The position numbers were made by a program, and so were the translations under genes. A DNA stretch of 32,000 bases from Escherichia coli (GTDB lineage Bacteria > Pseudomonadota > Gammaproteobacteria > Enterobacterales > Enterobacteriaceae): NCBI RefSeq assembly GCF_019969585.1, contig NZ_CP081782.1; one strand, written 5' to 3'. Below are positions 22,934-32,000 of this stretch, piece by piece. The notes below the pieces were generated by a model. That model was not told where the DNA came from and did not search any database. It saw nothing but the letters and a program-made list of their open reading frames with translations. The first letter of the stretch is position 1. Every line of letters starts with the position of its first letter.

Positions 22934-24325
22934 ATGCTGGCTTTCTTAAACCAGGTTCGCAAGCCGACCCTGGACCTTCCGCTCGAAGTGCGGCGCAAAA
23001 TGTGGTTCAAACCGTTCATGCAATCCTACCTGGTGGTCTTTATCGGCTACCTGACGATGTACCTGATTCGCAAGAACTTTAACATCGCGCAGAACGACAT
23101 GATTTCGACCTACGGGTTGAGCATGACGCAGCTGGGGATGATCGGCCTGGGTTTCTCCATCACTTATGGCGTGGGTAAAACGCTGGTTTCCTACTACGCC
23201 GACGGCAAAAACACCAAACAATTCCTGCCGTTTATGCTTATCCTGTCTGCCATTTGTATGCTGGGCTTCAGTGCCAGTATGGGCAGCGGCTCGGTTAGCC
23301 TGTTCCTGATGATTGCCTTCTACGCCTTAAGCGGCTTTTTCCAGAGTACCGGCGGTTCGTGCAGTTACTCCACCATCACCAAATGGACGCCGCGTCGTAA
23401 ACGCGGGACATTCCTCGGTTTCTGGAATATTTCTCACAACCTTGGCGGTGCAGGCGCAGCAGGTGTGGCGCTGTTCGGGGCAAATTACCTGTTCGATGGC
23501 CATGTCATCGGCATGTTTATCTTCCCGTCGATTATCGCGCTGATTGTCGGTTTTATCGGCCTGCGTTACGGTAGCGACTCCCCGGAATCTTATGGCCTCG
23601 GCAAAGCTGAAGAACTGTTCGGCGAGGAGATCAGCGAAGAGGACAAAGAGACAGAATCTACCGATATGACCAAGTGGCAGATCTTTGTTGAGTATGTGCT
23701 GAAAAACAAAGTGATCTGGCTGCTGTGCTTCGCCAACATTTTCCTCTATGTGGTACGTATTGGTATCGACCAGTGGTCAACCGTATACGCGTTCCAGGAA
23801 CTGAAACTCTCTAAAGCGGTGGCGATTCAGGGCTTTACGCTGTTTGAAGCTGGTGCGCTGGTCGGTACGCTGCTGTGGGGCTGGCTCTCTGACCTGGCGA
23901 ACGGTCGCCGTGGCCTGGTGGCCTGCATCGCGCTGGCGCTGATTATCGCCACGCTCGGTGTGTATCAACATGCCAGCAACGAATATATCTATCTGGCTTC
24001 TCTCTTTGCGTTGGGTTTCCTGGTCTTTGGCCCGCAATTGTTGATTGGTGTGGCTGCTGTTGGCTTTGTACCTAAAAAAGCGATTGGCGCTGCCGATGGT
24101 ATTAAAGGCACCTTTGCTTACCTGATTGGTGACAGCTTTGCCAAGTTAGGTCTGGGAATGATTGCCGATGGGACGCCGGTATTCGGCCTTACCGGCTGGG
24201 CAGGCACATTCGCCGCACTTGATATCGCCGCGATTGGTTGTATCTGCCTGATGGCGATAGTGGCGGTGATGGAAGAACGCAAAATCCGCCGCGAGAAAAA
24301 AATTCAGCAGTTGACAGTGGCATAA
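22934..24325 (+). CDS. uhpT: UhpT, hexose-6-phosphate:phosphate antiporter
   Basis: 463 aa [30 protein letters not shown]... Confidence 0.98.
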
Positions 24326-24343
24326 ACGTAACTGGTGACTTTT

Positions 24344-24369
24344 GCCCGGCATGACGCCGGGCTTTTTTA
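24344..24369 (+). terminator. Rho-independent terminator of uhpT
   Basis: GCCCGGCATGACGCCGGGCTTTTT. Confidence 0.85.
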
Positions 24370-26136
24370 TTATTCCGTGACTTCCAGCGTAGTGAAGGCA
24401 AACTTCTCGCCATCAAATAGCCCCTGACTGGTTAGTTTTAGCGCGGGGATCACTGGCAGAGAAAGAAACGCCATCTGAATAAACGGCTCATCGGGTAACG
24501 GACCGCATTCACGGGCGGCGGCTTTCAAGGCGTCAATCTGTTCCGCCAGCGACTGCGCCGTGTCGGTGCTCATCAGGCCGGCAATGGGCAACGGCAGATG
24601 ACTTTGGACCTGGCCGTTACGTACCACGCACAGCCCGCCGCCATCCTGAATCACCTGATTGACCGCCAGCGCCATCTCTTCGGCACTGCGACCGATCACC
24701 ACAATATTATGGCTGTCATGGCTGACCGTCGCAGCCAGCGCACCTTCATTCAGTCCAAAGCCGCCAAGCAAACCACAAGCCGGAGCCAGCCGTTGCCCGT
24801 AACGCTCAAGTACGGCAATAAAGCTCACATCATCGCGATCAAAACCATTTTCGCTGTAGACGCTGGAGTGGGAGTGCGTAATCAATTCGTTATGGATGAC
24901 GTCAATGACCCGATAGCGTTTTCCGGGCGTAAATTGCAGGGCAAAGTCGCTGGCGGAAACTGGCTGGCGGGCAATGGTGTTGCCATATGGCGGAGCGGAT
25001 TGTGCCAGTCTCGCCGACTCTTCCGCCTGTAAGGTTTGCGCATCAATCGGCTCGCCTTTCACCAGTACCTGTTGCACCGTGACCTTACGCGCATCGCTCA
25101 ACAGGACGATATCGGCCTGCTTGCCGGGTGCCAGTAAGCCGAGGTGATTCAGACCAAAGTGGCGCGCCGTCGACCAGCTGGCGACGCGATATGCCACATG
25201 CAGCGGCACATTGTGTTGTTCGATCAGGCGGCGAATTAAGGCATCGATGTGTCCTTCATGGGCGATCTCCCACGGGTTACGGTCATCGGTACAGAGCATG
25301 CATTGCGGGCTGTTAAATTCGTTGATCAACGGTGCCAGCGCGTTGAGATTGCGGGCAGCGGACCCTTCGCGGATCATCAACGACATGCCGAGTTGTAATT
25401 TCCGGCGTCCTTCTTCCAGCTGATAACTTTCGTGGCAGTTTTCAATACCCGCAGTAATATAGGCGTTAAGTTCTTTACCACCCAAACCCGGGCAGTGACC
25501 GTCCAGCGTCAGGTGGCGAAATGCATCCAGTTTATCGAGCAGCGCATTCTGCCCGCTAATTACGCCAGGGTAGTCCATCATTTCTGCAAGGCCGGTAACC
25601 TGCGGATGGTCCCGCCAGGCGAGCATCTGTTCAAGGGTAAAACTGGCACCGTTAACATCGCAGCCTTCCAGGGCGGGTACGCAAGAGCTGACCTGTAAGT
25701 ACTGGTTTTGCCTTGCCTGTTCGGCACAGCGGGCAAACCAGGCGAATCCGGCTTCTCCCATCACGTTGACGATTTCATGAGGGTCGCAAATAACGGTCGT
25801 CAGGCCGCGCGGCAGGGTAGCGGTTTCAAAAGTGACCGGCGTCATCATGCTGGATTCAATATGCAGGTGAGCATCAATAAACCCTGGCACCGCCGTTGCG
25901 CCGCGAGCATCAATCCGCTGCAAAGCCGGAGCATCAGCGTATTCTGCGCCAACACCGGCAATGTAACGTCCTTTAATCACAATTGGGCCGGAAATTTCTC
26001 CGCCATTGATCAGGTCGAGAATAGAGACATTATCAATAATATAATCGGCAACAGCGTCGCCACGGGAAACGGCTAACAATTCCTGGTATTCAGCCCGGCT
26101 AATGTGATGAAATTTATGGTTAATAGAATTATTCAT
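24370..26136 (-). CDS. adeD: Adenine deaminase
   Basis: 588 aa amidohydrolase; [18 protein letters not shown] and [10 protein letters not shown] motifs. Confidence 0.96.
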   Translation of the reverse strand: MNNSINHKFHHISRAEYQELLAVSRGDAVADYIIDNVSILDLINGGEISGPIVIKGRYIAGVGAEYADAPALQRIDARGATAVPGFIDAHLHIESSMMTPVTFETATLPRGLTTVICDPHEIVNVMGEAGFAWFARCAEQARQNQYLQVSSCVPALEGCDVNGASFTLEQMLAWRDHPQVTGLAEMMDYPGVISGQNALLDKLDAFRHLTLDGHCPGLGGKELNAYITAGIENCHESYQLEEGRRKLQLGMSLMIREGSAARNLNALAPLINEFNSPQCMLCTDDRNPWEIAHEGHIDALIRRLIEQHNVPLHVAYRVASWSTARHFGLNHLGLLAPGKQADIVLLSDARKVTVQQVLVKGEPIDAQTLQAEESARLAQSAPPYGNTIARQPVSASDFALQFTPGKRYRVIDVIHNELITHSHSSVYSENGFDRDDVSFIAVLERYGQRLAPACGLLGGFGLNEGALAATVSHDSHNIVVIGRSAEEMALAVNQVIQDGGGLCVVRNGQVQSHLPLPIAGLMSTDTAQSLAEQIDALKAAARECGPLPDEPFIQMAFLSLPVIPALKLTSQGLFDGEKFAFTTLEVTE

Positions 26137-26310
26137 ATTTTTCTCATTTTGATTTTATCAATTTGATTATTATTTATCATAAAGAAACGTCGCGAGATTA
26201 TTAAAGAATATCCATTAATGTGCAATTGAAATGTGATAATTATCACTGAACCGTTGTTGTCATTTGTTTTACAAAAGCAAGGGATTAAATCTCCTCCAAT
26301 GGACAAAAAA

Positions 26311-27645
26311 ATGAATAATGACAATACCGATTACGTGAGTAATGAATCAGGGACGCTTTCGCGATTATTTAAACTACCTCAGCATGGGACCACCGTCCGC
26401 ACAGAATTGATTGCGGGGATGACCACTTTTTTAACCATGGTGTACATCGTTTTTGTGAACCCGCAAATCCTCGGCGCGGCACAAATGGACCCGAAAGTGG
26501 TGTTTGTTACCACCTGTTTGATTGCCGGTATCGGCAGTATTGCGATGGGGATATTTGCTAACTTACCCGTGGCGCTGGCTCCGGCAATGGGGCTGAACGC
26601 CTTCTTTGCCTTCGTGGTCGTGGGGGCGATGGGCATCTCCTGGCAGACCGGGATGGGCGCAATATTCTGGGGCGCAGTTGGACTATTTTTGCTCACGCTG
26701 TTTCGTATCCGGTACTGGATGATCTCCAACATTCCCTTAAGTTTACGTATTGGTATCACCAGCGGAATTGGATTATTTATCGCCTTAATGGGATTAAAAA
26801 ATACTGGCGTTATTGTCGCCAATAAAGACACGCTGGTGATGATTGGCGATTTAAGTTCTCACGGCGTGTTGTTAGGTATTTTAGGGTTTTTTATTATAAC
26901 CGTGTTGTCATCACGTCATTTTCATGCCGCGGTGCTGGTTTCTATTGTGGTGACGTCTTGCTGTGGATTATTTTTCGGTGATGTTCATTTTAGCGGCGTC
27001 TATTCCATTCCGCCTGATATTAGCGGCGTCATTGGTGAAGTAGATTTGAGCGGCGCGTTAACACTTGAACTCGCCGGTATCATTTTCTCCTTTATGCTGA
27101 TCAACCTATTTGATTCATCAGGAACATTAATTGGTGTAACTGATAAAGCGGGCTTAATAGATGGTAACGGTAAATTCCCCAATATGAATAAGGCGCTGTA
27201 TGTTGATAGCGTCAGTTCGGTGGCGGGTGCGTTTATCGGCACCTCGTCTGTTACTGCCTATATTGAAAGTACTTCTGGTGTGGCAGTCGGTGGCCGCACG
27301 GGGCTGACTGCGGTTGTGGTTGGCGTTATGTTCCTGTTGGTTATGTTCTTCTCACCGCTGGTGGCGATGGTTCCTCCTTACGCAACCGCCGGAGCGTTAA
27401 TCTTTGTTGGCGTGCTGATGACTTCGAGCCTGGCGCGCGTTAACTGGGATGATTTTACCGAATCGGTGCCTGCGTTTATTACCACGGTGATGATGCCCTT
27501 TACTTTCTCGATCACCGAAGGGATTGCACTCGGCTTTATGTCGTACTGCATCATGAAAGTGTGCACCGGGCGCTGGCGCGATCTGAACCTGTGTGTGGTG
27601 GTGGTCGCAGCTCTGTTTGCACTGAAGATTATTCTGGTGGATTAG
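26311..27645 (+). CDS. adeQ: AdeQ (YicO), adenine permease, NCS2/AzgA-like
   Basis: 444 aa from MNNDNTDYVSNESGTLSRLFKL; ELIAGMTTFLTMVYI and NAFFAF motifs. ORF also offers ATG at 26299. Confidence 0.95.
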   Translation: MNNDNTDYVSNESGTLSRLFKLPQHGTTVRTELIAGMTTFLTMVYIVFVNPQILGAAQMDPKVVFVTTCLIAGIGSIAMGIFANLPVALAPAMGLNAFFAFVVVGAMGISWQTGMGAIFWGAVGLFLLTLFRIRYWMISNIPLSLRIGITSGIGLFIALMGLKNTGVIVANKDTLVMIGDLSSHGVLLGILGFFIITVLSSRHFHAAVLVSIVVTSCCGLFFGDVHFSGVYSIPPDISGVIGEVDLSGALTLELAGIIFSFMLINLFDSSGTLIGVTDKAGLIDGNGKFPNMNKALYVDSVSSVAGAFIGTSSVTAYIESTSGVAVGGRTGLTAVVVGVMFLLVMFFSPLVAMVPPYATAGALIFVGVLMTSSLARVNWDDFTESVPAFITTVMMPFTFSITEGIALGFMSYCIMKVCTGRWRDLNLCVVVVAALFALKIILVD

Positions 27646-27697
27646 TAACTGGCGAGGGTTTCCAGATATCATGAGTTCTGATTACGCAGGAGAACTC

Positions 27698-28150
27698 ATG
27701 ATCTGGATAATGCTCGCCACGCTGGCGGTAGTGTTTGTGGTTGGTTTTCGGGTGCTGACATCCGGGGCCAGAAAAGCGATTCGCCGTCTCAGCGATCGGC
27801 TGAATATCGATGTCGTACCCGTGGAGTCGATGGTCGATCAAATGGGAAAGTCAGCCGGTGACGAATTTTTACGTTATTTGCATCGCCCGGATGAGTCGCA
27901 CCTGCAAAACGCCGCGCAGGTGTTGCTCATCTGGCAAATTGTCATTGTCGATGGTAGCGAACAGAACCTGCTGCAATGGCATCGGATTTTACAAAAAGCC
28001 CGTCTTGCCGCGCCGATTACCGATGCTCAGGTCAGGCTGGCGCTGGGTTTTCTGCGCGAAACCGAACCTGAAATGCAGGATATTAATGCTTTTCAGATGC
28101 GCTATAACGCGTTCTTTCAGCCTGCCGAGGGCGTTCACTGGCTGCATTAA
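27698..28150 (+). CDS. yicN: YicN, DUF1198 family protein
   Basis: 150 aa from MIWIMLATLAVVFVVGFRVLTSG; SD AGGAG just upstream. Confidence 0.9.
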   Translation: MIWIMLATLAVVFVVGFRVLTSGARKAIRRLSDRLNIDVVPVESMVDQMGKSAGDEFLRYLHRPDESHLQNAAQVLLIWQIVIVDGSEQNLLQWHRILQKARLAAPITDAQVRLALGFLRETEPEMQDINAFQMRYNAFFQPAEGVHWLH

Positions 28151-28190
28151 AACCGCTTCGTCTTATCAGCCTACAGACCGCGCCTGACCT

Positions 28191-28225
28191 GTCGGGTGGA
28201 TAAGACGTTCACGCCGCATCCGGTA
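28191..28225. repeat. REP-like palindromic element
   Basis: GTCGGGTGGATAAGACGTTCACGCCGCATCCGGTA, matches REP consensus architecture, intergenic yicN-nepI. Confidence 0.75.
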
Positions 28226-28360
28226 ATCTTTGCCCTGTTCCGTTTCGATCTTAACTCCAGCTCAAGCAACACCGTAAAAGTTGCAAAAACGTTAAATGCG
28301 TCACACATTTCAATGTTAAAGTGGTCGGCTTTTCCCCTGAAACATGCCACGGGTAACACC

Positions 28361-29551
28361 ATGAGTGAATTTATTGCCGAAAACCGCGGCGCGGATGCCA
28401 TCACCCGACCGAACTGGTCAGCCGTTTTCTCGGTGGCGTTTTGTGTCGCCTGTCTGATTATCGTTGAGTTTTTGCCCGTCAGTTTGTTGACGCCAATGGC
28501 CCAGGATTTAGGCATTTCGGAAGGGGTTGCCGGGCAATCGGTGACCGTGACCGCCTTTGTGGCAATGTTTGCCAGTTTGTTTATTACCCAGACAATTCAG
28601 GCCACTGACCGCCGCTACGTTGTTATTTTGTTTGCCGTTTTGCTGACGCTCTCCTGCTTGCTGGTTTCCTTTGCTAACTCATTCAGTTTGCTTTTAATCG
28701 GTCGTGCCTGTCTGGGACTGGCGCTGGGCGGGTTCTGGGCGATGTCGGCGTCGCTGACCATGCGTCTGGTACCGCCGCGTACGGTGCCGAAGGCGCTGTC
28801 GGTGATCTTCGGCGCGGTTTCTATTGCGCTGGTGATTGCCGCGCCGTTGGGCAGTTTTTTAGGCGAGCTTATCGGTTGGCGCAATGTCTTTAATGCGGCG
28901 GCGGTGATGGGCGTGCTGTGTATTTTCTGGATTATCAAATCATTGCCTTCACTGCCAGGCGAACCCTCGCATCAGAAACAAAATACTTTCCGCTTATTAC
29001 AACGTCCGGGTGTGATGGCAGGGATGATCGCCATCTTCATGTCTTTCGCCGGGCAGTTTGCTTTCTTCACGTATATTCGCCCGGTGTATATGAACCTGGC
29101 GGGATTCGGCGTGGATGGCTTAACGCTGGTGCTGTTGAGTTTTGGTATCGCCAGCTTTATTGGTACGTCGCTTTCGTCGTTCATTCTTAAACGTTCGGTA
29201 AAACTGGCCTTAGCAGGCGCGCCGTTAATACTGGCTGTGAGTGCGTTGGTACTGACGTTGTGGGGAAGCGATAAAATCGTTGCTACCGGCGTGGCGATTA
29301 TCTGGGGGCTAACTTTTGCATTGGTTCCCGTCGGCTGGTCAACGTGGATCACCCGCTCGCTGGCCGATCAGGCAGAAAAAGCCGGGTCTATTCAGGTGGC
29401 GGTTATTCAGCTTGCTAATACCTGTGGCGCGGCAATCGGCGGTTATGCGCTGGATAATATTGGTCTGACTTCGCCGTTGATGTTGTCCGGCACATTGATG
29501 TTGCTGACTGCATTGTTGGTTACTGCAAAGGTGAAAATGAAGAAATCCTGA
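28361..29551 (+). CDS. nepI: NepI, MFS purine ribonucleoside exporter
   Basis: 396 aa from [23 protein letters not shown]; the ORF's N-terminal extension to 28196 lies over the REP element and intergenic DNA. Confidence 0.95.
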   Translation: MSEFIAENRGADAITRPNWSAVFSVAFCVACLIIVEFLPVSLLTPMAQDLGISEGVAGQSVTVTAFVAMFASLFITQTIQATDRRYVVILFAVLLTLSCLLVSFANSFSLLLIGRACLGLALGGFWAMSASLTMRLVPPRTVPKALSVIFGAVSIALVIAAPLGSFLGELIGWRNVFNAAAVMGVLCIFWIIKSLPSLPGEPSHQKQNTFRLLQRPGVMAGMIAIFMSFAGQFAFFTYIRPVYMNLAGFGVDGLTLVLLSFGIASFIGTSLSSFILKRSVKLALAGAPLILAVSALVLTLWGSDKIVATGVAIIWGLTFALVPVGWSTWITRSLADQAEKAGSIQVAVIQLANTCGAAIGGYALDNIGLTSPLMLSGTLMLLTALLVTAKVKMKKS

Positions 29552-29591
29552 TATCAGGTAAAGAAGCGTTGGTCAGTAGTTGTTGCTGTTC

Positions 29592-29885
29592 TTACATATC
29601 CGGGCATTCTACCTTACCCAACGCTTCCCAATAATTGCTCTGATTATTACGTTCCATCGCCACGATGGCCTCGCGTATATGTTGTTTATTGTTTTCATCT
29701 GACAACATTAACTTTTCCCACGCTTCATCTGATAATGACGCCTGTGGCGTGCAAATTTTACGTAAATCTTGTAATACCGTGGTTTTCTCTTTTGCGGACT
29801 GCAGTGAGCTAAAAGGCGACTCGGCGTATACGATGCCTGGCATAGCGAAAAAAGTGAAAATAAGCAGTAGTGTCGTTGGTTTCAT
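29592..29885 (-). CDS. yicS: YicS, small secreted/periplasmic protein
   Basis: 97 aa with cleavable signal peptide (MKPTTLLLIFTFFAMPGIVYA|ES) and two mature-region Cys. Confidence 0.85.
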   Translation of the reverse strand: MKPTTLLLIFTFFAMPGIVYAESPFSSLQSAKEKTTVLQDLRKICTPQASLSDEAWEKLMLSDENNKQHIREAIVAMERNNQSNYWEALGKVECPDM

Positions 29886-30106
29886 GGATTCAACCTTTTA
29901 CAAATGTGTATCGAATGAAGCATAAGTGTAGTTTGCTTTCATCGCTCTCATCATGCTGTACGAAACGCGCTTGCGTGGTCAGTAAGAAGTGCCAGACTTT
30001 ATATTCCACTTTTATTCCTTTTTATTCTTATCGATAGCGTTTCGTTTTTTAAACCGCAGCGACCTTACCGCTATAGTCAGGTAATCATTAATAAAAGGAT
30101 AAAAAA

Positions 30107-30925
30107 ATGAAACTGACAACACATCATCTACGGACAGGGGCCGCATTATTGCTGGCCGGAATTCTGCTGGCAGGTTGCGACCAGAGTAGCAGCGATGCAA
30201 AACACATTAAAGTTGGCGTTATAAATGGCGCAGAACAAGATGTCGCGGAAGTCGCTAAAAAGGTGGCAAAAGAGAAATATGGCCTCGATGTTGAACTGGT
30301 AGGATTTAGCGGTTCGTTGCTACCGAACGATGCGACAAATCATGGCGAACTTGATGCGAATGTCTTCCAGCATCGACCCTTTCTTGAACAAGATAATCAG
30401 GCGCATGGTTATAAACTGGTAGCGGTGGGAAATACGTTTGTCTTCCCTATGGCGGGTTATTCCAAAAAAATCAAAACCGTGGCGCAAATAAAAGAAGGCG
30501 CGACAGTGGCGATCCCCAACGACCCGACCAACCTTGGTCGCGCGCTTTTACTGTTGCAAAAAGAGAAGCTAATTACTCTGAAAGAGGGAAAAGGGTTATT
30601 ACCTACCGCGCTGGATATAACCGATAATCCTCGTCATTTGCAGATTATGGAACTCGAGGGGGCGCAGCTCCCGCGCGTACTGGATGATCCCAAAGTTGAT
30701 GTGGCGATTATCAGCACCACTTACATTCAGCAGACCGGGCTTTCTCCGGTGCACGACAGCGTATTTATTGAAGATAAAAATTCGCCGTATGTGAATATTC
30801 TGGTGGCACGGGAAGATAATAAGAATGCAGAAAACGTGAAGGAATTTCTGCAATCTTATCAATCACCCGAAGTCGCTAAAGCGGCAGAAACCATTTTTAA
30901 CGGTGGCGCGGTGCCTGGCTGGTAA
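30107..30925 (+). CDS. nlpA: NlpA, inner-membrane lipoprotein-28, MetQ-like substrate-binding protein
   Basis: 272 aa; lipobox LLAGCDQ; MetQ/NlpA family. Confidence 0.97.
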   Translation: MKLTTHHLRTGAALLLAGILLAGCDQSSSDAKHIKVGVINGAEQDVAEVAKKVAKEKYGLDVELVGFSGSLLPNDATNHGELDANVFQHRPFLEQDNQAHGYKLVAVGNTFVFPMAGYSKKIKTVAQIKEGATVAIPNDPTNLGRALLLLQKEKLITLKEGKGLLPTALDITDNPRHLQIMELEGAQLPRVLDDPKVDVAIISTTYIQQTGLSPVHDSVFIEDKNSPYVNILVAREDNKNAENVKEFLQSYQSPEVAKAAETIFNGGAVPGW

Positions 30926-30928
30926 TTC

Positions 30929-31852
30929 TCACTCATGCCGCGCCGGACGATTTATTTTTCTGGCGCGGCGACGGGAATCCATTGAAATCAAAATCACCGA
31001 TGACAGAATCAGCAGCGTTCCCAGCCAGTCCGGTAATGTGAACGTGATCCCCAGCAACAGCAAAGAGAGTAGCGCGCTACTTAATGGTTCTGCACAGCTC
31101 AAAATGCTGGCTTTTGGACCGCCAATTAATTGTGCTCCTTTCAGGTACAGACTAAATGTCAGGGACGTACCAATGACCACCAAATAAAAAAACGCCAGAA
31201 TCAAACTGCCGTTAACGACAAAGTTTGTTCCTTGTCTGGCATAAAAAGGCAACAGAATCAGACCGCCAATCAGCATACTCCAGCCGACGACTGGTAACGT
31301 GCCATAGCGGGCAATTAGCGTTGAGGGATAGGTGGTATAGAATGCAGCAGCAAATGCCGAGGCAATGCCCCAGAACAACGCGGCAGGAGAGATCGATAAT
31401 GACGTCGGATTACCGTGTGTCACCAATAAAAAAGTCCCGACCAGCGATGTCAAAATAGCGCAGAAAACCAGAATGCCCGGGCGCGATTTACGCACCAGTG
31501 AGAACCAGGCGACGATAATCGTCGGTGAGAGGAATTGCAGCACCGTTGCCGTGGCTGCGTTCGATTTTTCGATGGTTAGCAAAAAAGTGAGCTGTACGGT
31601 GAGCGCGCCAACCACGGAAAAAATCAGCAGACTAATGGCATCTTTGTGATTGTTAATAATAGAAAAGATTTTATCGCCATGAACAAATGACAGCGTCAGC
31701 AGAATCAAACCGGCGAATATCAAACGCGTCATAGTCAAAAACTGCGACGACATCTGGCTTTGCTCCATGATGTATTGCGCGCAGACCCCTGAACTTCCCC
31801 ACAACACGGCGGCAATCAGAACGTTCAGCATCCCCTTTCTGGTGGAACCCAT
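30929..31852 (-). CDS. yicL: YicL, EamA-family inner membrane transporter
   Basis: 307 aa with two EamA-type repeats. Confidence 0.93.
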   Translation of the reverse strand: MGSTRKGMLNVLIAAVLWGSSGVCAQYIMEQSQMSSQFLTMTRLIFAGLILLTLSFVHGDKIFSIINNHKDAISLLIFSVVGALTVQLTFLLTIEKSNAATATVLQFLSPTIIVAWFSLVRKSRPGILVFCAILTSLVGTFLLVTHGNPTSLSISPAALFWGIASAFAAAFYTTYPSTLIARYGTLPVVGWSMLIGGLILLPFYARQGTNFVVNGSLILAFFYLVVIGTSLTFSLYLKGAQLIGGPKASILSCAEPLSSALLSLLLLGITFTLPDWLGTLLILSSVILISMDSRRRARKINRPARHE

Positions 31853-32000
31853 TTTTCCCTCTGCATACTGTTTTGTCGTTTATGTATGCAGGCATGATAG
31901 CAAAAATGGCGAGGATGGCTCTGTTTGCGCCACGCCGATTTTTCTTAGCCCAGACTGGTGAGCTAAATATCTTTAATAAACAGCAGGCAAATCATCGCAA

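Noticed and set aside
28270-28300. Possible PurR box (GCAAAAACGTTAAATGCGT) upstream of nepI
   Set aside because: Only partial match to ACGCAAACGTTTGCGT with the half-sites out of register; not enough to call a site.
28196-28360. N-terminal extension of the nepI ORF ([15 protein letters not shown]...)
   Set aside because: Covers REP-like DNA and leader; the MFS protein starts at 28361.

Overview
This 32 kb window reads as ordinary Escherichia coli (or very close relative) core chromosome, in inverse orientation to the usual K-12 map. Left to right I recognise yidS(partial)-yidR-yidQ-ibpA-ibpB-yidE-yidP-glvC(B)-glvG-yidL-yidK-yidJ-yidI-yidH-yidG-yidF-emrD-tisB/istR-ivbL-ilvB-ilvN-uhpA-uhpB-uhpC-uhpT-adeD-adeQ-yicN-nepI-yicS-nlpA-yicL. 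Names come from recognising the protein sequences, not from a database search. I see no prophage, CRISPR array, transposase or novel defence-like island. The most useful observations are: (1) the GntR-family gene yidP appears broken by a small internal deletion/frameshift exactly between its DNA-binding and UTRA domains, while the adjacent glv alpha-glucoside PTS/GH4 operon is full length, unlike the split/truncated K-12 version as I recall it; (2) YidF looks like a severed C-terminal, SPASM-like piece of an anaerobic sulfatase maturase, sitting near the sulfatase gene yidJ and its transporter; (3) the tisB/istR SOS toxin-antisense module is complete, with LexA box, IstR-1 promoter and 22-nt pairing tract; (4) the ibp operon has a sigma-32 promoter and thermometer-like leaders, including a UUCG hairpin before ibpB; (5) palindromes sit in the uhpT promoter region.
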